Below are positions 53,860-64,000 of a DNA stretch of 64,000 nucleotides, in pieces (the stretch's first letter is position 1; the number at the start of each line of letters is the position of its first letter). The notes under the pieces were generated by a model. The model worked only from the letters and a program-made list of their open reading frames with translations, searched no databases and was not told where the DNA came from. A program made the position numbers and the translations under genes. This DNA comes from Antedon mediterranea (lineage: Eukaryota > Animalia > Echinodermata), in assembly GCF_964355755.1 (NCBI RefSeq), contig NC_092672.1, positions 15,438,001 through 15,502,000 on the forward strand. Direction: 5' to 3'.

Positions 53860-54268
53860 TAGGTTTAAAGTATCAGACCGTTAGGATCGAGTGCTTAATA
53901 CCAAGGTAGAGCATTACTTTATCGACGCTAGGCATGCAACTGTAGATTAGCTTCAAAGTATTCCTGTTAAATATTTTTCTGAGCTTGTTGCCGGCAGGAA
54001 AACAATCTTCTACTATAGCTAAAAACTTGTGGCCAACGTTTTTGCTGAATGGTGTGTTAAACCAAATTATGTTTCTGGTGCGCGATTTTTTGGGCTTCTG
54101 ATATTCACCATTGAACTCAAGTTGATGGTTATATCCGCTTTCTTTGAGGGCTTCCTGGTATAGAGGTACAGATGCATGAAATGTATCCTTGTCTGATGAA
54201 ATGTCGGATAATAGATGGAGGATGATTGCTGTCATGATGCACGTAGGTCGGTTTGTTATTAGTCAAAC
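53860..54268 (-). mobile_element. Penelope-like element (PLE) ORF fragment, RT C-terminal/linker region
   Basis: LSDISSDKDTF..YQEALKESGY..RTRNIIWFNTPFSKNV..FL..FP..KLRKIFNRNTLKLIYSCMP resembles the conserved PLE segment preceding the GIY-YIG domain. Flanked by (TA)n on both sides. Confidence 0.8.
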
Positions 54269-54291
54269 TATATATATATAATACCATAAAA

Positions 54292-54363
54292 GCCCCAGTG
54301 GTCTAATGGTTAGGACAGCTGCATATCAAGCAGAAGGTCTGGGTTCGAATCTCGGTTGAGGCG
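54292..54363 (+). tRNA. Diverged tRNA-like copy (anticodon ATC); locally duplicated at 54568-54639
   Basis: GCCCCAGTGGTCTAATGGTTAGGACAGCTGCATATCAAGCAGAAGGTCTGGGTTCGAATCTCGGTTGAGGCG, in a 5'-truncated unit starting directly after (TA)n. Confidence 0.5.
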
Positions 54364-55030
54364 ACTTTTTCTCATTCTCATAGATTTCCTGATCTTATCG
54401 TTTCAAATTAATTAATTAAATTTCAGTATATCACCTGGCGGTTTAGAATGAATGTTCTTTGCCTGTTGTGTTTATATATATATAATTGTCTAACCAAAAT
54501 GTCATTTATCTCATATACTGTAATATTTGTGGTAAACAGTAACTATATATATATATATACCATAAAAGCCCCAGTGGTCTAATGGTTAGGACAGCTGCAT
54601 ATCACCAAGAAGGTCCGGGTTCGAGTCTCGGTTGGGGAAACTTTTTCTCATTCTCATAGATTTCCTCATCTTATCGTTTCAAATTATTAATTAAATTTCA
54701 GTATATCACCTGGCGGTTTAGAATAAATGTTCTTTGCCTGTTGTGTTTATATATAAATAATTGTCTAACCAAAATGTCATTTATCTCATATACTGTAATA
54801 TTTGTGGTAAACAGTACATCGGGGAAACAAAAAACACTCTCTTATGAGAATGACACAACACAGATCAGTTATCAAAACATTAAAGCTTGATCATGTATGA
54901 TTGATGTATGTATGTATATGTGTGTGTCAAATTAATTAATTAAATTTCAGTATATCACCACCGGGCGGTTTAGAATTAATGTTCTTTGCCTGATTTGTGT
55001 ATATATATATATATACACACACACTGCACT

Positions 55031-55067
55031 GCACTGATGAAGGGCTAGTGTTGCCCGAAAGCTCTGC
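55031..55067 (+). ncRNA. Minimal type I hammerhead ribozyme in a (TA)n-ended PLE pLTR-like module (~55020-55255)
   Basis: GCA-CTGATGA-A-GGGC-TAGTGTT-GCCC-GAAA-GC-TC-TGC. Predicted cleavage 3' of C55064. Confidence 0.8.
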
Positions 55068-56149
55068 TAACTTTTCTGGCTGTTTTACTTATCATTTTGA
55101 TTTATTTTGTATCTCCATTGAGATCCAGCCACTGATACCCACAATTTATATTTAAATTGTTATTTTGTTTACTTTGAAAGATAAGAAATAAATGTTATTA
55201 TGAATGAATTTTTTCAGTAATTTGCCTTTGGATTTATATATATATATATATATACATATCTTGGCATATTAAATATAAAATTAATTAATTGACAAATTTA
55301 TCCTCTTCTTTTATCCATTATTATTACCTCAACATCCACTAGAATTAATGTTTTGTACTGATTCAGACCTCCTTTTCTGCTATCTCAAAGAATAGAAACT
55401 GCATGGATTCACTCCTTAAGTAATTTCTGTTTGTGCTCACAGAACTCACTTGAATTTATAATTTCTAGATAAAATTGTAAATGTAGATGGATCAGATTTT
55501 GCTGAATTTGTGTGAGCTTTGATGATGTATTGTTGAGTATCATCTACATTATGTTTATTGTTGATAACCAATTGTATATACTGTACACTAGTATTTCTGT
55601 GCAGTTCATTGAATGTCCTCGTTATGGTGAAAGGTACAATGAATCTATATGCCAGCTGCACATGATGACTAAATTATGACCATTTTTATATCCTTTTTAA
55701 GACTTTATCAATTCGTAACAAATTGATATTTTTCTGAATTGCAAGTGTAAATCATTGATGTACTAAAAATGATCTTATTAGATATTCTGTAGTATCTCAC
55801 AACTGCAATAATTTGTGAATTTCAAAAAGTAAGTAGCATTTTTAGAAAAGTATATTAATAACAATAATAACTTTTGTTTTACTTCCATGGCCAATAAATG
55901 ATTGTTTTAGCACATATTTGTTTGCACTGATGACTTACTGGGAAGAATTTTTTAAATAAAGAAATTTAACCAAATAATTGATTTTGTCCCCTGTCAATAA
56001 CGAACACTTTTGACAGCAATTGTATTGATCACTATTGTTCTTGAACTTAATGAAACAGTAAAAAAACATAGTCTGTCATTAACTGAAAGTGGAAGTGAGC
56101 AGTACTTTTAGCATTTGTAATAAAATGATCATATAGCACCTTAAAAACT

Positions 56150-57621
56150 ATCATCATATCAACGCAAGTGCGGATAACCCTTTGTGATTGTCACAATCTT
56201 TTTTTATCTTCTTTGTTATTCTTTCCACGAATTTTGCTGCACGCACATCTCTCAGTCAACATAAGATTGTATGACTTGGTCAAAAGATTGACCTGTAGCT
56301 GTAGATGTGCAAGAAACTTTGTTATATGACGTCAGAGTCACGAAGCTTTTATGAAGTTTTATGGTTGATCATAAATTATGTACTAAATAATATTTTTCAA
56401 TGAAACTTTACCAAGGTATAGCAATTTCTGGAATGATAAAAAAAGCGTGCTAAGCAAAATATTATTATAATTTTGTATAAAATTTCAAAATGCGCAAAAT
56501 TAATGTCTAATCAATTTCACATACATTTCAGGTAATTTTGAACATTAAAAAATGTTCGAATTTAATTGCGTTTTGCACACATACTTGTGCACACAGCTCG
56601 TACAAAGTGTAGGAAAATGGTTTTTGCAATTTATTTTGTTTTTCTTACCTTCTTTAGTAGATTTTGATGAACTTTAATTGCAAATTGCTGGTTACCTCAA
56701 TTTTTAAAATGTATTATGGAAGCTGGTAAGTTGTAGATATCAATTGTAATCGTAAATTGTAAAATGTGTACCTACCAGATGTTTTGATGACACCATATGG
56801 CCACTCAAATTTTTAAAAATAGAATTTATTTCTCTTTTGTACTAGTTAGGGTTAGTCCAATTTAATAGAGCGCATTTCATGTATGCTTACCCCATTTCGC
56901 CATAGATTTTAATATGTTCTTTCTCAATCAATTCTCTTTTACATGCGTTACAAAAATTTGAATTTCTATTATGTCATCATATAAAAAAATTAGAATAATT
57001 TGACCTACTTAATTTCGTCTATACAGTATATTTTAATTTAATGTTATAGCTCCTCGGAATGAAAACATGTTTTTAAACATTAAAATTAAATTATTAAAAT
57101 TAAATGACTAAAATAATTATTATGGAAGCTGTTGAATTGCAGATATTAATTCATATAAAAATGTTGTCTATCGGATGTCATGACATTGTCATATGGCCAG
57201 TTTAATTCAAAAAGTCTGATTTTCATCTCTTTCGTAAACATTCACCGCGTTTAAAATAGCGCGAATCTTGTTTTTTCGTGCCCAAAATTCTTTAAATTTT
57301 CTTTAATGTAATTATTTAGATAAGTATCTTCTAAAATTGCTATCTTTATGTTACATTTTGATGACGTCATCAAGTTAAAAATGGGATTAAAAGATGGGTC
57401 TCGTAATTTCATCTATGCTACACTCTATATAACATTGTACAGTGTATTCCGTAAATACTGTTATGCTTTATGACACAACATAGGTACAATTCAGCACTGT
57501 AAACATATTTAATTCATTCATCATAGGATGGCATAATAATTGTCGGCATTTTTAACGTATGTGCATGTTGCATTTGCGCGGATAACCCGAACTCGTCAAA
57601 GTGATGATTTAAAATCTAGTT
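56150..57621 (+). mobile_element. HINE/Helentron-like non-autonomous element
   Basis: GCGGATAACCC subterminal repeat at both ends (~56169, ~57578), 3' stem-loop AACTCGTCA-aag-TGATGATTT, then CTAGTT. Internal homology to 9578-10365. Confidence 0.7.
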
Positions 57622-57986
57622 TTCTTTTTATATTGGGTGTAGAAGAATTATTTGTAACACTACAGTATAAATAGACCAAACATCCCAAAGGAACTGTTCT
57701 TACAAAACAGGAACTTTGATCATGTTAACCTAAAGAAAAGATCCCAAAATTGTACCAACATGATACAGTAGTAGCAACTAGGGGTAATATCATTATTGAT
57801 CACTATCATTCAGTAATCAAAATGCGTACCGTTCACTGAAGCGTCAGCCTCTTGAAAAGTCCGACCATAAAATGATGTACCTCATCCCTTCATATAGTAG
57901 ACAGCTAGTACGCTAAGATAAATCAATAACAATTCGGAAAATAAACACATGATACACCACTATTACAGGGCTTATTATGATGAGAG

Positions 57987-59416
57987 ATCAAACAGATTGC
58001 CCATATTTTTACTTACATTTTCAATTTCTCTCTTATATCTCAAATTATTCCGCGATGTTTTAAAGATTCTATAATAGTTCCAATTCCGAAACGTTCCCCA
58101 ATCGAAACCCTGAATGATTATCGACCTATAACATTAACATCGGTTCTGATGAAATGCTTTGAACATATAGTCCTTAATTACCTAAAGGCCAAGTGTCCTC
58201 GAGATCTTGACCAATATCAGTTCGCCTATAGACCAAACCGGTCTACCGAAGATGCTGTATCGATCACTTTGCATAGGATCTTAGAGCATCTCGAACGTGA
58301 TAAAAGATATGCTAGGATTTTATATATAGATTTTAGTTCAGCATTTAATACGATTGTACCGTATAAGTTACACACTAAGATGGTTGAAATCGGTTTCGAT
58401 ATTTCTATATGTAACTGGGTGTTAAACTTTTTAACTGATCGACCCCAACGTACTAAAGTGGGTACCACTATATCAGATAAGCGTATTATAAATACAGGTG
58501 TACCACAGGGCTGTGTACTGTCGCCCTTTCTTTTTACTTTATTTACTTATGACTGTGTTACCTACTACAGTAACTGTCACATCGCTAAATTTGCGGATGA
58601 TACTACCATTGTAGGTCTAATCAATGATGACAGTGATGAGTCTAATTATCGCAACCAAGTTAAACGAGTTGTAGACTGGTGTAACGAAAACAATCTGTTC
58701 TTGAATGTATCTAAGACTAAAGAAATGGTTGTTGATTTCCGTAAATCACTTAATGTCAAATATCCAATATTTATTAATGGTATATCAGTTGAGTTTGTAG
58801 AAGAATTTAAATTCTTGGGTATTTATATTTCAAATGATCTGAAGTGGCATATTAACACACGTAACATTATTAGAAAGGCCCAAAGAAGAATCTACTTCCT
58901 ACGTAGACTTAAATCATTTGGTATAAACTCTGAAATAATGTCGTCCTTCTATAGGTCAGTTATAGAGAGTGTAATAACGTATTCTTTAACGGTATGGTTC
59001 GGTAGCGCTACCGAAAATGAAAAGCGTGACCTAAATAGAATAGTCAAGACCGCATCGCGTATAATTGGATCTACACAACTGCCTTTGGCGAACATATTTT
59101 CGGATCGTCTTCTGAAAAAGGCAGTGGCTATCAAAGATGATCATTTTCATCCGGCCTCTAGTATGTTCCAGTTGATGCGCAGCGGTCGGCGATTTCGTTC
59201 TATTAAGGCCAATAAGGCACGATTTACAAATAGTTTCTTTCCAGGATCTATTAGAGCCTTAAATATGATGTAGACTTTTTTTTGTAATGTTTTTGTTTTT
59301 GAGTTCGTGTTGTGTCCGTTGGATATTGTGCTCCGCCAACAGAGCAAACAGAATTTCTATGTTTTTCCTAAAACAAATGATAATAAATGATACTTGACTT
59401 GACTTGACTTGACTTG
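57987..59416 (+). mobile_element. 5'-truncated Rex1/Babar-clade LINE with uninterrupted RT frame and (CTTGA)n tail
   Basis: LNDYRPITLTSVLMKCFE, QFAYRPNRSTEDA, YIDFSSAFNTI, GVPQGCVLSPFLF, KFADDTTIVGLI, LNVSKTKEMVVDFRK, FRSI..RFTNSFFP. ORF 58149-59273 has no stops. AATAAA followed by (CTTGA)5 at 59393-59416. Confidence 0.92.
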
Positions 59417-60639
59417 AGAGAGAATCAGAATAATTTCTCCAAAAGAAAAATTCATTTGCTCAGAGTTACAACAATTAAAATATGTATATACAAACATACC
59501 AATATCAGAAGCTTTATATAGAAATGAATATTATAAAAAGTACTATAAAACAATACATATAAAGAGAAGATATGTACAAATAAAATTTAACCAATTGATT
59601 CGCAACACCCATACTAAGTAATTTATGAGCGAGGAGATGGGGTTGTATCGTATTGAATGCTGATGAGAAACCATAGTACATTATCCTTACGTTGTTACCT
59701 TTACTAGAATTATCCGTTTTTTATTTTTGTCGCTCAAGTTTATGATAATAGGACCCCATTGGAAATAATTTGGGTTTTTTTTCGACTTTATGGGCTTTTC
59801 TAGGTTTCTTGTGTACTGTGCAATTCTTTACATGTTTCTATTTGTATTTTTAATCTTTGTCTTGTAATTTTATGTTGAAACCTGAATAAAATAAAATCAA
59901 AATCTAAATGTGAATATAATTTATTTAATTATACAATTAAAGTGATCACTAGACTTTAAATGGCATGACCATTATTACTGAGGGTATCGAAAAGGCTGAC
60001 AATGTCTTTTGGAGTTAAAGCTTCCAGTATGTCACTTTTGTATAAATTTGTCATTAGCCACATTCACATAAGATTTTATCATGCTTTCGCATAGTGATAT
60101 TGAATATCACGTTAGCAGGAAGAGCGTTAACATCGTACGCTAATGAGGTGCACTGATGAATGAAAGGCCAAACTCACATGTTTGGTGTACACGTGGAAAG
60201 GGATTTAAATGTTTTAATTTTTTGTAGAATAGGCCTAGTAGTAGTAGCTAGCCAGCAGGCCTTAGTAGTAGTAACTTTACTAGGTTTCTTTGTTCAAGTA
60301 TTTCGTTTAAAAAAAGTAGGCCTATGTAGCGACTTTAAATTAATTTGAAAACTTAAAAACCTGGCTCGTCAACGACGGCCTGTCTATCTTTCACCAATTA
60401 ATGTCACATATACCGAAGATTTCAATTTCAATTACAATTTTGGCAGTAATCAAGTCGGTTTAAAATTGATAATTTATATTTATTAAATCCGTAATTTTCC
60501 AGAATTTTATTTAAAAAAAATATGATAAATAACAATGGAGTTAATAAAATAAATTATTTATTTTCACAAACAAACATTCCGCTACTAGCTAGACACTCCT
60601 ACACTTTGCAAGAAGACAGATATACCTAGCTTGACGTTG

Positions 60640-62400
60640 TATAGTTGCTGCATTAAATGTCTTTCAAGTTTAATAAGCGAGGGGTGGGTTAAGGATTTGC
60701 GAATTGATCTTATGTTACGAAGGTGGTAGGTAACAGATTTACTAATGTTGTTGATATGTCTGGACATCATTGCAACTCTGATATTTCTAACCTCCAACGA
60801 TGGTGTAATTGGGGTTGGGGTGTTGTCAATGCTGATGTTTTGAATGAAAAACTAAGACTTCTGTTTTACCAGGGTTAAAACAGAGGATGTTTTTAGTAGC
60901 CAATCCTGAATACCAACAACACAAGTTTCGATAACCGAACTTGCCTCAATAAACTCGGCTGGATTGAAGCTGATGTACAGTTGCGTGTCATCTGCGTACA
61001 CATGATATTGGACACAATGTCTCCTAATGATATCACTCAAGGGCGAGATGTAAACTAAAACAATACTGGACCCAATATTGATCCTTGAGGAACACTACAT
61101 TTCAGGTCGATAGAGGTGGATTTGACATTACCAATCTGGACCTGCTGCTTCCTGTAAGACAAATATGACTTGAACCAAGTCAGAGCAGATCCACATTTAC
61201 CAAATAGACGAGAGAGCTGCCGACAGGTCGAGGTATACAGACAAAACACAATTACCTTTATCCAGAGCTAAAATAATATCATTATGCACCTTGAGAATTG
61301 CTGACTCTGTACTATGTGCTTTCTATATGCTGATTGAAGAGGGTCGAACAGATTATTGTCGTAAAGAAAATGTATGAGATCTAAAGCAATGCATTTCTCA
61401 AGGATCTTGGACAAGAAAGCGACATTAGAAACAGGTCGAAAATTTGCCATGGAAGTATGATCCATTGAAGGCTTCTTTAAAATAGGTGTAACAAGACCTA
61501 ACTTCAAATCATCAGGAAAAGTACCAGATGATAAAGATAAATTAATAATAAATCTAAATACTGGAGTCAATATTCTTTGAAATTGTAAAAGAAATTGTGT
61601 TGGAAATGGATCAAGAGCTGAAGTCTTTGATGACATGTTCATTATTACAGTAGCTTGTGAATTACATCATCAGTGACTACAGTGAAGTGGTGAAGGTGCA
61701 AAGTGTTGGTGAGTTTAATGGATGTTCTGAATCCAGCTGCTGATGAATTTGATGTGGGCAAGGTAGATGAAACCAAATGAACCATCTTTTCCTTTACCAA
61801 GAAGTTTGTTCATAATGCGGAACAATCGACGTTGGTCAGATACACAGCCATCAATTTTGGACTGCATGTAAGTTGTTCTTGTACCGTGCAGTACAGTACT
61901 TTATGGTATGCTGTGCATTGTTTCTTGAAAGCTAATGATGGATTCTTTACCCATTTGCGTTCAAGAATGCGACACTTTCTCGAAATTCGAAATTCTACAA
62001 TCATCAGAGAACCACCGAGATCTTGACCTGATGTTAATGATCTTTGATTTCTCGGGAGCCAACTTGTCACAAAGTGAGAATAAAAATTGATTGTAAAAAG
62101 ATACAGCAGAGTTTGAACTAACATCACAAGATTCAGCAAGGAAACCACTAAAGCCATCAGACAAATTAGATTTTAAATCAACGGTGTTGATATTCTTAAA
62201 ACAATGGAATGTAATTTTGTTTTGTTTTATTGATGGTTTAGAGACATTAGGTAAGGCATGGAGGAAATAGTATCAGACATATGATATTGATGTACGTGTA
62301 AACGTACAATTAGGGTTATTGGTAATTAAAAGGTCAAGTGTATGGCCCAATTGCACAAAATTGACGAATATGAAGGTAACAGTCAAGAAATTAAAGTAAG
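60640..62400 (-). mobile_element. L2-clade LINE ORF2 remnant
   Basis: SKTSALDPFPT, NFRPVSNVAFLSKILEK, DPLQSAYRK, VPQGSILGPVLF, YHVYADDTQLY, YHLRNIRSIRKSL. Frameshifted. Confidence 0.88.
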
Positions 62401-62559
62401 TAAAGGTACAATTCAAATTAGCTACCAGACAGCGCTCTCTCTGTATATATATATATACATGTCAACTCTTAAACTCTGTGGGAAAACACCGGAAATATAG
62501 GAGAAATTTGCTATATATATATATATATATATAGAAGTTTGTTCCAAACATTCTTTAAT

Positions 62560-64000
62560 AGTGGGTCAAGGGGCTTGTTTGTTTGGATTCTTGCTAATAA
62601 CTGTGAGTATGTCTTCAACCTCCACACGTGGAAAAGTTTTAAAGCAAACATTGGTTGACATTTCTACAGGGGGAAGGGCAAGGCCATCATTGGTATCAAT
62701 CAATCAATAGTCAGCAAACTCTTGACAAAGTGATTTATTAGAATTACACGGTCAGTCTAATTACCGAAAACAACCGAAAACAACCGAAAATAACCGAAAA
62801 CAACCCTAAACAACCGAAAACAACCACAAACAACCGAAAACAACCATAAACAACCGAAAACAAACCGAAAACAAAATAAAATAATCTAAATACCGAAAAC
62901 AAATTTGTATAATATTTTTTAAATGTCGCCCTCTATTGATGGGTGTTTCTAAATCTAAGACCATAACAGAGACAAAACCGCGCGCGCAAAAGCCAAGGAA
63001 GACCCTACGATGGTAGTGTGCACAAAATACAACTAAAAATCATGCAATCAATCAATGATAACATCGCATTTACTTACAGAATCTATAAAAATATTTTAAT
63101 TTTAGTCTTTCGATTTTTGATCCAGAAACCAGCGCATTACTCCTTACAATAATTGTGAATATGTTAATCCATAGTATAGAAAGTAAATTGACTATGGTTA
63201 ATCATGATCGATTTAATTATAGATTTTCAAAGATAATTATACAAAGATACTAGGGACTATAAGTATACTTAAAACAAGCTCACTATAAAGGATTCACAAT
63301 AAAATCTATTCAGTAACTGTAGTCGAGTAAATAACGTTTTTATCCTTAATCGCTTCAGTATTCACTTAATAAGTGACGAAAACCGGGGACGAAAAAACGC
63401 AAAGTTAGGTAAAATCATGCTTTGTTTTTTAAAAAACTAAAAACGAAATGGGTTTATAGATTTTGTAAGTAAATGTAATCTATTTCATTGAATTTGTACG
63501 ATTTTGAGTTGTATTTTGTGCACACTACCATTTCTTAGGGTCTTCCATGACTTTTTGCTTTAGAAACACCCATCAATAGAGGGCGATATTAAAAAAAATA
63601 TTATACAAAATTTGTTTTCGGTATTTAGATTTTTTAAATTTTTTTTTCGGTTTGTTTTCGGTTGTTTACGGTTGTTTTCGGTTGTTTGTAGTTGTTTTCG
63701 GTTATTTTCGGTTGTTTTCGGTAATTAGACTGACCCGAATTACAAAATGGTAAACTATGTTTAGATTTTCCTAACAACTTATAGAGAACATGATACATTT
63801 CTCTTGGATTGCATTCTAAAAAGATAGATTTGAAAACCTTTGTTTTCTCTGATTCAATTAAAATCACAGATACGTTTGTGCAGTTCATCGAAGTTAGACT
63901 TATCTAAAACAGATTTTCGAGTATCCGCTTTTTTCGAGTAACCTTAACCTCGCTAGTATACCAACTTGGTTTACTGTCTATTTTGCGCACACATGTTCTT
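62560..64000 (-). mobile_element. Second L2-like LINE fragment interrupted by a MITE
   Basis: NPREMYHVLYKLLGKSKHSLPFCNS (63737-63830) continues as NKSLCQEFADY...VEDILTVISKNPNKQAP-DP (62565-62740) once the MITE and one TSD copy are removed. Confidence 0.7.
62749..63736. mobile_element. Complete MITE with long TIRs, (ACCGAAAACA)n subterminal arrays and 8-bp TSD
   Basis: Termini CGGTCAGTCTAATTACCGAAAACAACCG / CGGTTGTTTTCGGTAATTAGACTGACCC and TSD GAATTACA at 62741-62748 and 63737-63744. Confidence 0.92.

Noticed and set aside
55469-55515. Possible plus-strand terminal exon DKIVNVDGSDFAEFV-stop
   Set aside because: Only an AG and a short frame; no recognisable homology or partner exons.
60150-60170. 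CTGATGA...GAAA as a third hammerhead
   Set aside because: No helix II between the core segments.

Overview
AT-rich (about two-thirds A+T by eye) metazoan genomic DNA, almost entirely non-genic and dominated by decayed, nested transposable elements. The Gmr1-type Gypsy, BEL/Pao, Rex-Babar, Kolobok-like and Helentron-like content suggests an aquatic invertebrate, possibly a deuterostome (inference). No intact host gene could be supported. Recognisable contents are a hAT/ZMYM1-like transposase remnant (1-1.9 kb), CR1/L2-group LINEs (5.9-8.6, 26, 60.6-64 kb), a clean 5'-truncated Rex-Babar LINE (58-59.4 kb), three Gypsy remnants (one with Gmr1 INT-before-RT order, one with an IADD catalytic motif), a BEL/Pao remnant, several TIR MITEs with TSDs, Helentron-like (HINE) elements and a 3.6-kb 40-bp satellite. 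The most interesting signals are three. (1) A (TA)n-associated, ~360-bp tandem element carries an internal, fully foldable tRNA-like cloverleaf (anticodon ATC). It co-clusters with hammerhead-ribozyme Penelope-type modules and a Penelope RT fragment and shares a hairpin and 3' motif with the hammerhead module. (2) Several 18-29-bp CATRG...CYATG inserts with 7-bp TSDs look like P-element-type excision footprints, and one has an empty-site control inside this window. (3) A four-level TE nest lies at 36.3-41.1 kb.
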